Under the pieces are notes generated by a model. That model did no database searches. It had not been told where the DNA came from and was given only the letters and a program-made list of their open reading frames with translations. 64,000 nt of DNA from an uncultured delta proteobacterium (GTDB lineage Bacteria > Desulfobacterota > Syntrophia > Syntrophales > Smithellaceae). The DNA is taken from positions 640,001 through 704,000 of the forward strand of contig CAVWEH010000005.1 in NCBI GenBank assembly GCA_963753975.1. Direction: 5' to 3'. Position 1 is the first letter of the stretch, and every line of letters begins with the position of its first letter. Below are positions 10,488 to 20,016 of this stretch, piece after piece. Position numbers and translations under genes: made by a program.

Positions 10488-11665
10488 TGGCTGACGTACA
10501 TAATATAGAACATCAAGAGATCGTCCACCGGTGTTTCCGTTGCGGATATTGTAAATTCCCGAGCGACTATGTCGATTTCAACTGCCCGTCTTACAAGGCT
10601 TTCGGATGGGATACCTATTCTGCGGGCGGGAGGATGTGGCTCATCAGAGCCTGGCTGAGTGGCGAAATTAAAACGAGCCCCCATTTTGCCGAAATACTTT
10701 ACTCCTGCGTAGCATGCGATAATTGTAAGAATCAGTGCGTTTTCCCGAAATTCAAAGATTTTCTGCCGGAAATATTCCAGGAAACTAAAGTGGAACTGGT
10801 CAACGAAGGCAGGATTCCGCCGGAGGTTCGGGATTATTTCAAGGCCGTCGCCACCAACGGCAACCCTTACAAACTGCCGCAGTCGGAAAGAGGCAAATGG
10901 ACCGAAGGAACAGAATTAAAAAAATATTCGGGTCAGGAGTATCTCTTTTATGCGGGCTGCGTCGGTTCCTACGACGAAGTGGGACAAAAGATGGCCCGCA
11001 GCGTGGGGAGTCTGCTGGTTGGCGCCGGCGTGTCCCTGGGCATTCTGGGGAGTGAAGAAACCTGTGACGGCAACGAAGTCAAAATTCTCGGAGAGATGGG
11101 TCTTTTTACGCAACTGGCCAATGACAATATCAAGAAATTTAAGTCACAGGGCGTTAAGAATATTATCACCCTTGATCCCCATGCCCTGAACGTCTTCAAG
11201 AAAGATTATCCCAAACTGGGAGGGAGCTTTAAGGTACTTCACTATACGGAAATACTGGCTGGGTTAATCAAGGCAAAAAAAATTCCCCTTTCTAATTATT
11301 CGGCGAAAGTCACCTACCACGACCCCTGCTATTTAGGCAGGCATAATCAGATTTATGGTCCTCCGCGGGAGATACTGAAATCAATTCCCGGCCTCGAATT
11401 GGTCGAAATGCGTCGTAATTCTCTGAACGCGTTTTGCTGCGGAGGGGGAGGAGGAAACTTTTTTACGGACATTTTGGGTACAGGCGTTGACAGTGCGGGC
11501 CGTGTCCGTGTTCGGGAAGCTCTGGAGACAGGCGCCAATATTATCGCTGTAGCTTGTCCGAGCTGTGCCAAAATACTTATGGATGCTGTGAAGATGGAAA
11601 AGCTGGAAGACAAGCTGGAAGTTTTGGGCATCGCCGAAATCGTCGGGAGAGCCCGCAAAAAGTGA
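10487..11665 (+). CDS. (Fe-S)-binding CCG-domain oxidoreductase (GlcF-like)
   Basis: CFRCGYC, CVACDNC...C, YHDPCYLGR, CCGGGGG, ACPSC; TAATG overlap with the upstream gene. Confidence 0.9.
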   Translation: MADVHNIEHQEIVHRCFRCGYCKFPSDYVDFNCPSYKAFGWDTYSAGGRMWLIRAWLSGEIKTSPHFAEILYSCVACDNCKNQCVFPKFKDFLPEIFQETKVELVNEGRIPPEVRDYFKAVATNGNPYKLPQSERGKWTEGTELKKYSGQEYLFYAGCVGSYDEVGQKMARSVGSLLVGAGVSLGILGSEETCDGNEVKILGEMGLFTQLANDNIKKFKSQGVKNIITLDPHALNVFKKDYPKLGGSFKVLHYTEILAGLIKAKKIPLSNYSAKVTYHDPCYLGRHNQIYGPPREILKSIPGLELVEMRRNSLNAFCCGGGGGNFFTDILGTGVDSAGRVRVREALETGANIIAVACPSCAKILMDAVKMEKLEDKLEVLGIAEIVGRARKK

Positions 11666-11679
11666 AGAAAGGAAAGGGT

Positions 11680-12210
11680 ATGGATAAAGAAGATATACTC
11701 AAGGAAGTCTATGATAAAGCGAAGGGATACGAGCTCAAAGGAGGAAACTGCGCGCAGTGCAGTATTGCCGCTATTTTCGAAATAATGGGAGTGGAAGATG
11801 AAGGAGTATTCAGAGCCGCGACAGGTTTGGCCGATGGCGTGGGCTTAAGCGGAGATGGTCATTGCGGAGCACTTTCCGGAGGGACGATGGCCATCAGTTA
11901 CTTTTTCGGCAGAAGTCGAGAAGATATCGGCAGGATGGGCAAACAGATTAAGGCCTTGCTTCTGGCAAAAAAGCTTCATGATGAATTTGTGGAGAAATTT
12001 TCCACGTGCCGGTGTGCCGATATTCAGAAAAAACAGTTTGGCCGTTTCTTTAATCTCTATGATGTGGAAGAGATGAAGGCGGCCTTTAAGGCGGGCATGC
12101 CGGAAAAATGCTCGACGCTGGTAGGAGAGACGGCGCGAATAGCCCTGAAAATTATTCTCGATGAGCAGGAAGCAAGAAAGGCAAAGCAAGATGAACTTCC
12201 TGTTTTATAG
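11680..12210 (+). CDS. C-GCAxxG-C-C family redox protein (Cys form)
   Basis: GNCAQ...HCGALSGG...TCRCAD...KC; start after GGAAAGGG. Confidence 0.85.
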   Translation: MDKEDILKEVYDKAKGYELKGGNCAQCSIAAIFEIMGVEDEGVFRAATGLADGVGLSGDGHCGALSGGTMAISYFFGRSREDIGRMGKQIKALLLAKKLHDEFVEKFSTCRCADIQKKQFGRFFNLYDVEEMKAAFKAGMPEKCSTLVGETARIALKIILDEQEARKAKQDELPVL

Positions 12211-12482
12211 GGACGAATTTTTGCCCGTTGTTACCAAAAACCAGGAGTATTTTATTTATGGCGTAATGAACTGTAAGATTATTCTCCGGTGCGAAACGGC
12301 TTACCGACATCCAACATCCCGAACAATTGCAGCCATTTCTAGAAGCCTTTAAAAAATATACGGACCTTCTGCCAACGGAATATCAAAGCTATTTCCGAGG
12401 CATATAAACGCACCGATTTCATCACTTGCCTGTTTAGGTACAAAATTAAACCGGTATTTTAATTAGCTCTCACTGTTTTTTA

Positions 12483-12686
12483 TCAGGACTTCTTTATCGT
12501 TGAAATTTTAAAAGGTACATATAACGGGCAAAAACCGATCAGGCTCGTTACTATAAACACAACTGCCAGAATGCCCAGAATAATTGCCGCAACGCCCGTA
12601 ATGCTGCCTGTCAGATAAAGGATAATGACAGCTATAGCCAACAATGTTCTAATAATCCGGTCGATAGTCCCCATGTTCTTTTTCAT
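12483..12686 (-). CDS. DUF2892 (YgaP-like) small membrane protein
   Basis: MKKNMGTIDRIIR...GFCPLY; RBS AAGGAG. Confidence 0.85.
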   Translation of the reverse strand: MKKNMGTIDRIIRTLLAIAVIILYLTGSITGVAAIILGILAVVFIVTSLIGFCPLYVPFKISTIKKS

Positions 12687-13021
12687 ATGCTTCTCCTTTC
12701 TTTAGCTCGGTAAATGAGGAAAATAATCATGAACACTTTGCAGGATATCGCTCATATTCCAGCAAATACCTGCCCCGGTTGCAAAATTATACACCGTTCC
12801 TAATGACCGTTTTTTTTGTCACCAATATTTCCCTCAAACACTATAAATTATCATAGTACTACTGGAAACATGATCACGATATTGAAAATGTCAACCGCTT
12901 TTTTGCTTACTTTCCACAGCGGGTTTTTTCTTCCTGTCCTAAACCGACAAACCCGTTCGCTCATGTGGAGAGCGCAGGCATGGCAATAGCCACATCCGTC
13001 TTATATTATTTTATAAAATCC

Positions 13022-13050
13022 TTGACAGAGTGGATCAGTACGTTTAGTAT
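13022..13050 (+). promoter_or_regulatory. sigma70 promoter of the CsoR-family operon
   Basis: TTGACA (13022-13027), 17 bp spacer, TAGTAT (13045-13050). Confidence 0.75.
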
Positions 13051-13065
13051 ACCCCATAGGGTATA
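13048..13065. promoter_or_regulatory. CsoR/CstR-type operator palindrome
   Basis: TATACCC-CATA-GGGTATA, C/G tracts flanked by AT-rich inverted repeat, overlapping the -10/+1 region of the CsoR-family gene. Confidence 0.8.
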
Positions 13066-13066
13066 T

Positions 13067-13330
13067 ATGAATCCAGAAAGAAAAAAGGTTTCCAACCGCC
13101 TACGACGGATTGAAGGGCAAATTCGAGGACTTCAGCGTTTAATTGAGGAAGGAGCGCCCTGTATTGACATTTTAACTCAGGTATCAGCGGTTACATCTGC
13201 CATTAAGAAAACAGGTGGCGCCATATTTTCCAATTACATGAAAACATGTATAGAGGAATCTGCAGGTAATCCAAAAAAAATGCATAAAGATTTTCGTGCT
13301 GCATTATCCATGTTTATTGATTTATCCTGA
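13067..13330 (+). CDS. CsoR/RcnR family repressor, probably a CstR-like persulfide sensor
   Basis: NRLRRIEGQIRG...PCIDILTQVSAV...YMKTC; Tyr where Cu-sensing CsoRs have His. Confidence 0.88.
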   Translation: MNPERKKVSNRLRRIEGQIRGLQRLIEEGAPCIDILTQVSAVTSAIKKTGGAIFSNYMKTCIEESAGNPKKMHKDFRAALSMFIDLS

Positions 13331-13395
13331 GTAGTTAATTTATTGTAGAATTGCTTTATCATTTATCGTCTCGCTAATCGGCGAAAGGATAGGGT

Positions 13396-14658
13396 ATGGC
13401 AGGTTTCACCAAAGCTCTGATGATTCTCAATATCAAATCCGCGTATGAACGCGTTGCATCCGGCGGATGGGTTTATCTTACCTTCGTTTGCATCTTCGGT
13501 CTCCTGTTGCTCATCGGTATTGGGGCTGGAATCCACGCCTTGTTCATCGCCGGCACGCGCCATACTTACGGAACCTATCGCGAAGTTCCTGTGGCTCTCC
13601 TCATTTCCACGTATGTATATTTTGTCGTTGCCTCCACGGGACTTTGCCTCGTTTCGTCAATAGGGCATCTTTTCGGCTTTCGTCAATATGTGCCCATCGC
13701 CAAGCGCGCCATTTATCTGTCAATTATGACTATCTTGGCCGGTTTTCTGGTCATCGGACTGGAAATCGAGCATCCTTTCCGCATGGTCATATATAATATC
13801 CTCTCTCCTAACATGAGTTCCAATATTTGGTGGATGGGAACACTTTATAGTTTTGCCCTGGTTTTTCTGACTATCGAATTTATTTTTCTTTTGCAGGAAA
13901 TAAAAAATAAAAAAGCCATAGTTGTGTGTTTGCTGGGGGTAATTACCGAAGTAGCCGCCAACAGCAATCTGGGAGGCGTTTTTGCCATGATGCACGGCCG
14001 TGAATACTGGTACGGCTCCTATCTGCCCGTCTACTTTGTTGCGTCCGCCATGATGACGGGTTGTGCCTTTATTATATTTTTTTTCGTTCTGTCCTACTGG
14101 ATCAACAGGAAAACCATGGATCAGCCAACCGAAAAAGCGCTCACGTCTGTGGGAAAGCTCGCCATTCTTCTGCTCGTAATAATCATGCTTTTCACTTTCT
14201 GGAAAATGATGATTACATCTGTCGGCGGGTTGACGGAGATTGCAGCTATGAACGCGCTTATCAGCGGTCCTTATGCCTTCCGTTTCTGGGGGGTTGAAGT
14301 GTTCGGAGGGATGATTATCCCGCTTGTTTTATTGCTTATATCCAGGACAAAAAATATGATGATCATGTTTATAGCGTCGGTATTTATGATCTTCAGCATT
14401 TTTTTCATGCGCCTGGATATGGTTGTCGTAGGACTGATTGTGCCTCTATATCTCGATCTTGGCGTTGCTGAATATTCCAAGCTGTATGCGTATACGCCGA
14501 GCGTTCATGAAATTATGGTAGTTCTGGGCGGCGTCGGCTTTTGCGTTTTAGCATTCCTTTTGGGTGAGAAGATTTTTGATGGATTTAAGCATACGGAAAT
14601 CAACCATATGCCTGAGCCGATAGCGATCGATGTTAACAAAACGGAAGAAGTGCCATGA
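13396..14658 (+). CDS. NrfD/PsrC family membrane quinol-interacting subunit
   Basis: About 10 TM helices; VPVALLISTYVYF, EIEHPFR, SSNIWWMG, FFMRLD. Confidence 0.88.
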   Translation: MAGFTKALMILNIKSAYERVASGGWVYLTFVCIFGLLLLIGIGAGIHALFIAGTRHTYGTYREVPVALLISTYVYFVVASTGLCLVSSIGHLFGFRQYVPIAKRAIYLSIMTILAGFLVIGLEIEHPFRMVIYNILSPNMSSNIWWMGTLYSFALVFLTIEFIFLLQEIKNKKAIVVCLLGVITEVAANSNLGGVFAMMHGREYWYGSYLPVYFVASAMMTGCAFIIFFFVLSYWINRKTMDQPTEKALTSVGKLAILLLVIIMLFTFWKMMITSVGGLTEIAAMNALISGPYAFRFWGVEVFGGMIIPLVLLLISRTKNMMIMFIASVFMIFSIFFMRLDMVVVGLIVPLYLDLGVAEYSKLYAYTPSVHEIMVVLGGVGFCVLAFLLGEKIFDGFKHTEINHMPEPIAIDVNKTEEVP

Positions 14659-15407
14659 AAAAAAATCGGTCCCAAGGCGGAGTGAAAGAAAAAGAGCTTC
14701 CGAAATATCCTCTTGATCAGGAACGCAGAAATTTTCTGAAGATGGGTCTTGTGATAACGGGCGTCGTAGCCTCCGGCTCTGTTTTATCTCTGATATCGAA
14801 CGTGGGGAAAGCGTATTCCTTCGATGCGTACCGAAAGAAGTATCCTTACAAGCCGCATTACAGCATGGTCATTAGGCAGGATCGCTGCATCGACTGCAAA
14901 CGATGCATGGAAGCCTGTGTGGCTACTAACCGTGTGCCCGACTATGGATGGAGGACGATGATTCTGGAAAAAAAAGTTCCCGAGTCCATGGATGAAAGAT
15001 GGGACTTTATACCGATACTATGCAACCAGTGCAATGATCCTCCCTGTGTGCGTACTTGTCCGACAATGGCAACTTATAAGGATAAAACCAACGGCATCGT
15101 CATGATGGATAATAAGAAATGTATCGGATGCAAGTCCTGCATGATGGCCTGTCCCTACGATATGCGCTATTATAACGAAGCCAAGAAAGCGATTGATAAA
15201 TGCGACTTCTGTTTTGAAGCGCGGCTTTCCAAAGGCATAAAGAACGTGGCCTGTTCGGAAGCCTGCCCCGCCGATGTCCGTGTATTCGGCGATCTGTCCG
15301 ATCCTGAAAGCAGAGTCTATGAACTTATCCACCAACTGCAAAAGCCGGTTTGGGTGTTGAGGGAAGAAGTAGGCGCCAAACCGAATATTTTTTACATGAA
15401 GGGCTAG
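14655..15407 (+). CDS. NrfC/PsrB family 4Fe-4S protein, Tat-exported
   Basis: ERRNFLK Tat motif; CIDCKRC...C, CNQC..PPCV..CP, CIGCKSCMMACP, KCDFC. Confidence 0.92.
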   Translation: MKKNRSQGGVKEKELPKYPLDQERRNFLKMGLVITGVVASGSVLSLISNVGKAYSFDAYRKKYPYKPHYSMVIRQDRCIDCKRCMEACVATNRVPDYGWRTMILEKKVPESMDERWDFIPILCNQCNDPPCVRTCPTMATYKDKTNGIVMMDNKKCIGCKSCMMACPYDMRYYNEAKKAIDKCDFCFEARLSKGIKNVACSEACPADVRVFGDLSDPESRVYELIHQLQKPVWVLREEVGAKPNIFYMKG

Positions 15408-15418
15408 CTTAGGATAAG

Positions 15419-17239
15419 ATGAAAAAAAGTTATATTTTTCTATTTTTGTTGATATTTTTCTGCACAACGAATGTTTGCATGGCCAAGCAGGAGACTTTCT
15501 CCGACGGAGGGGGTATTCTCTATACGGAACCATTGAAGGCTGTTATTTTCCGGCATCAATACCATGTGGATGTTAAACATATTACCTGCGATAAATGCCA
15601 CAGCGGCCTCTTTGAGATGGAAGCCCTCAAAGTTCAGGGAGAAAATGATTTCACTATGAAGTCCCTGGATGAAGGAAAGTATTGCGGAGCATGTCATAAC
15701 GGGAAGGATGCTTTTGCCTCGAACACCGAGTGCACCAAATGCCACGTTCGTCTGGACGATTGGCAAGGACGAGTGGGGTATCTCAAGGGGAACCCTATGC
15801 CGTATAAAATCCCTGTTTACAATACTTCCATTTCCTTCGGGCAGGGTGAAATGAAAGTCCGCTTCAATCACGAAAAGCATTCATCGCCTTTGAGCTGCCG
15901 GGATTGCCATTCGCAGCTCTTTCGAATCAAAAAAGGTTCAAACAATATAACCCTTCTGAATCACAATCCGCAAAAATACTGTTTTGGCTGTCATGATGGG
16001 AAAGAGACCTTTTCCTGGTATAGCTGCAATAAATGCCACAAAAACTGGACGGAAATTGCCCAGGTCGGCCCCCTGAAAACAAAGGCCGACAAAGGCAGTT
16101 GCTACAAATGTCATACCAGCGCGAGCGAAATGAAAGCCCTGGTAAAACCGCCGTTAATACAGAGCGAGGGAGAGGGGTGAGCAGGACCACCTCCCCCGGT
16201 TCGGGCGGAAGATTATTACAAGGGTTATATGGTAAATCCGGCGTGGATGGGCAAGGATTTTCACCTGGGCATGGAATGCGTTTCCTGCCACAAGGGAGAT
16301 GACAAAAGCCAAACAAAGGAAGCAGCCCACGCGGGATTTGTGCGCCAGCCGTCCGATAATCTGGAAACCTGCGGCATATGTCATAAGAAGACAGCCGCAA
16401 ACTACGCCAAAGCTCTTCATTACACCAGTTTGGGACAGTATGAAGGCGTCAAGCACAGGTTTTCCGCAGAAGAACTGAAAACCTTTGACAGTAAGGTTTT
16501 TAATCAATCGTGCCGGACATGCCATGCATCCTGCGGTGATTGCCATGTCAAATCGCCGCCTGTTTCCGGCATTACCACCGGGCTCTTGCAAGGCCACAAA
16601 TTCGTAAAGAAAAACGAAGGCAAGACCTGCGCTTCCTGTCACGGCGGCCGCGTTTATCCGGAATTTACGGGAGAATACGGTGGCACACCCGATATCCATT
16701 ATCAGAAAGGCATGATTTGTGTGGATTGTCACAAAAAGACCGAAATGCACGGGGACGGCACAATGTATAAATCCAAGCAGGAAGTCAAGGAGCGCCCCCG
16801 CTGTCAGTCTTGCCACAAAGATAAAAAATTTCAGCTCGCCCACGAAATACACAAGGATACGGTTAGCTGTCAGGGCTGCCATTCGTCGGGTCCGTATCGC
16901 CAGTGCTACAGCTGTCATCTGGATACGGGATCTTCATCCAAACCGGGTTTTATTTTGGGTTTAAATCCGCATGACAAGAAGACGTTGACGACGCTGAGGC
17001 TTGTTCCAACTGTAAGGACTACATTTAATCAGGCCGGAATCAAAATGGAAAACTTCGATACCCTGCCGAACTACTGGAATTCGGCGGTGCATAACATCAC
17101 GAAACGGACGGAGCGGACACGATCCTGTGATTCCTGCCATGTGGCAAAAGAAGGATTCCTTAAGCGCGAATCGCTTATTAAGGATGGTTCAAAAGCGAAT
17201 GAGGAGTTAATTTACAACATTAAACCAAGCAGCAAGTAG
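15419..17239 (+). CDS. multiheme c-type cytochrome selenoprotein, 606 aa, 17 CxxCH motifs, Sec254
   Basis: ORFs 15419 (7 CxxCH, signal peptide) and 16229 (10 CxxCH, no signal peptide) are in frame (offset 810 nt) with only TGA 16178-16180 between them: QSEGEG-U-AGPPPPVRAEDYYKGYMVNP; SECIS-like hairpin follows. Confidence 0.82.
16192..16209 (+). other. SECIS-like hairpin (multiheme cytochrome)
   Basis: UCCCCC-GGUUC-GGG(C)GGA, 11 nt after UGA, G-initiated apical loop. Confidence 0.7.
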
Positions 17240-17253
17240 ATTAGGAGGGTTTT

Positions 17254-18147
17254 ATGAGAAAAACAAGATGGTTAAAAGCAGTACTGATTTTCACTTTGTT
17301 ACTTTTGCCGCTCGCGGCGATGGCCAGAAGCATCGATCCCATTGTTTCCACGGACTGGCTGCAAAAGAATCTGAAAAACGCAAAAATAGTCATCGTGGAT
17401 GTGCGCAAGGTGGAAGACTACAAGGCGGGCCACATTCCGGGTGCGGTCAACGTATTTTACGGCTCCTGGGCAATTAAAAAAGGCGACTTGCTCAACGAAC
17501 TGCCGCCGATTGACGACCTGGCCGATGTCATCGGAGGAGCGGGAATAGACAAAAATTCTCTGGTCGTAATTGTCGGGAAAACGGAAAAAGTTCCCGATCA
17601 GTTTGATATGACCCGCGTTACCTGGACATTGAAATATGTCGGCGTTCCCAATGTAGCCATTCTCAACGGCGGGGAGGATCAGTGGGCAAAAGAAAATAAA
17701 CCCCTATCCGAGGATATGGTAAAGGCTAAGGCAAAACCATTCAAGGCTTCTGTCAATAAAAATCTGTACGTGGATAAAGCTTTTGTGCTGGCCAAAGTCG
17801 GCAAAGTAATTATTGTGGATGCCCGTGGCCCCGCTTTCTTTGAAGGGAAAGAAAAGCTCCCTTTCGTGCCCAAAGTAGGACGAATCAAAGGAGCAGTTAA
17901 CCTCCCCGTGGGACAATTGTATACGCCGGAAGGTTTGTATAAAGCCAAGGCGGAGCTTGCTGCACTGGCCGAAAAAGCGGTGGGCAAGGATATGAAAAAA
18001 GAAATCATCGTCTATTGCGATACCGGAAAGACGTGTACTTCGTGGGCCTTTATTATGACCGATATGCTCGGTTACAAAGATGTGGGAGTCTACGACGGAT
18101 CATTTATGGAATGGGCGGCTGATCCGAGCGCACCAATCGAACCATAA
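17254..18147 (+). CDS. exported tandem-domain rhodanese/sulfurtransferase (paralog of 6018-6911)
   Basis: Signal peptide; VDVR...GHIPGA, GRIKGA, YCDTG, VYDGSFMEW. Confidence 0.9.
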   Translation: MRKTRWLKAVLIFTLLLLPLAAMARSIDPIVSTDWLQKNLKNAKIVIVDVRKVEDYKAGHIPGAVNVFYGSWAIKKGDLLNELPPIDDLADVIGGAGIDKNSLVVIVGKTEKVPDQFDMTRVTWTLKYVGVPNVAILNGGEDQWAKENKPLSEDMVKAKAKPFKASVNKNLYVDKAFVLAKVGKVIIVDARGPAFFEGKEKLPFVPKVGRIKGAVNLPVGQLYTPEGLYKAKAELAALAEKAVGKDMKKEIIVYCDTGKTCTSWAFIMTDMLGYKDVGVYDGSFMEWAADPSAPIEP

Positions 18148-18174
18148 CAAAGAAAACAAAGAAGTTGTGTTCAA

Positions 18175-18211
18175 GAAGAAGCCCGATGGAATTTTTCCAC
18201 CGGGCTTCTTT
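18175..18211. terminator. bidirectional intrinsic terminator / palindromic repeat between convergent operons
   Basis: AAGAAGCCCGATGGAA-TTT-TTCCACCGGGCTTCTT; near-identical inverted copy at 26360-26400. Confidence 0.75.
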
Positions 18212-18233
18212 GTATATTATATGTGCTTAAGGA

Positions 18234-18593
18234 TTACTTCTTAGTTCCCGGCAGCGTTAAAGAGTACTCATAGATAAGTTTCATGTCCTCATCGGAGATT
18301 TTATCTTTAGGAAAAGGAGGCATCACGCCTTTTGATCCATCGGCTTTTAAGGGATTTCTATTATAAGCGGTGAAGACGGCAAGACTTTTCATTTTGGCCG
18401 AACCTATAAGCGGTATAGCTGGATTGATTTTGTTTCCACCATTGGGATGACAGGCGCCGCAACGGAGGGCATAAAGTTTCGCTCCGTCCGGCTCGGCTAA
18501 GGCCGTGCTAACGGGGGGAATCATTGTTTCTCCGAAGACTACCCCCCCGGCGATGGTGAAAATAAACAAAAACCAGATTGTTGATTTTTTCAT
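18234..18593 (-). CDS. monoheme class I c-type cytochrome (c6/c553-like)
   Basis: Signal peptide; GAKLY...CGACH; distal Met in GVMPPF. Confidence 0.85.
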   Translation of the reverse strand: MKKSTIWFLFIFTIAGGVVFGETMIPPVSTALAEPDGAKLYALRCGACHPNGGNKINPAIPLIGSAKMKSLAVFTAYNRNPLKADGSKGVMPPFPKDKISDEDMKLIYEYSLTLPGTKK

Positions 18594-18760
18594 AATACCT
18601 CCAGATTTTTATTCAGATGGTGGCTGCTTTTTCGTCTAGTAGCCTGGTTTATTAGGTTATTTCTACACTAGCCTCCCGGTAATGATCTGTAAAGTTAAAT
18701 TTTTGCAAGTCAACGAACCGGGAAGATATTATCATAAAAATTGTTTGTCTCTACATTTTT

Positions 18761-20013
18761 TTAATCATTTCCTTTTGTCTGCAGCACGGGGAAAATCTTA
18801 TTGAGAATCCAGAAGAAGATAAACGGCAGCACCGCGACGAGCAGGGCGCCGGCCAGCCCTTCTTTAAAAGTATCAAGGCTGCGAGGAATGATGGGCATCT
18901 GGTAATCCATATACCCGGAGAAAGTCAGCGAAAAAGACTGGCCGCCGATGACCACGTTCCATCTCATCATGAAGACCCCGAAAAGCACCAGCAAAAGCGC
19001 CGGGATTATTCTGCGGACTGTCAGACCGGGGAGCAAAAGAAGGATGAAGGGGACCAGGTTTCCCAAAAAATATTGGAGCACAAAAATATTTATAAAATCT
19101 TTTCCATAGATGACATTCCTCAGGATGTCCCATGATTTTACCGCTGTGTAGCCGCGAAAGACCAGGTCCAAGAGCTCCAGGCTGATCGAGAAGATCATAA
19201 AGAAAATGAGATATTTCACAGTTGCCTGCATCGTGTTCATTTCCACGCCTTTAATCTCTTTGAATGTATTGCCTGCGTCATTAGCTTTTTCCCGGGAAGC
19301 GACAAATTTTTTAATTTCCATAATGATGATGTAGATCAGCAGGCAGAGGGCGACGCCGGAAACAATGGCCGACATGATAAAAATAACCGGCATGAGAGGG
19401 GTCATCCACAGGGCGTTGGCTTTTACCGAACCGAAGATGAAGCCGGCATACCCGTGAAGAAAACAGGCAATCGGCACACCGACTCCCGCCAGTATCTTGA
19501 TGGCTTTGGCGTCCAGCTTCAGGCTGGCAGCGCTTATGTCCAAGGCGCCGAGGGTAAGGATTGTGTGTACCATGTATTTTATTTTTTCGGCCAAACTCTT
19601 ATTCGCCTTGTCTTTGAGTCTTAATGATACTTCCACCAGATGTTTCCGGAAAAGAAACCACAGTTCGGAGGCTACTACCGATGCATAAGCAAACAGGACG
19701 ACGCCAAAAGCAGCGATCGCCGAAGTGAAGTGCGGTGTAAAAACCACATATAAACTTCTTTCGGGGTGCGTCCTAGGTGTAATAGCAGAGGCAGTGGTGC
19801 AACGATTAGCAGGGCGAAAGAAAAGACCAGGGAGAATCCGGCAATTTCTTTCAGCGGTTTTATATCGAAGAGATGATACAGAGAGGAAAGGACAAAAGCA
19901 CCGGCCACGAGTCCCGTCATGAACGGATACATGACTATCTGAATGGCCCAATAAATGTACTCATTGGGATAAACAAAAAGTTCTTTGATTGTCCATAATT
20001 CTTCCAGAACCAT
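18761..20013 (-). CDS. NrfD/PsrC family membrane subunit (one +1 frameshift near 19770)
   Basis: YIYWAIQIVMYPFMTGL...LLHLG joins HPER...TPHFTSAIAAFG, LHGYAGFIFG, MMRWNVVIGGQ. Confidence 0.85.
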
Positions 20014-20016
20014 TTC

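Noticed and set aside
16154..16918. 254-aa minus-strand ORF
   Set aside because: It is antisense to the multiheme cytochrome and has no recognisable motifs.
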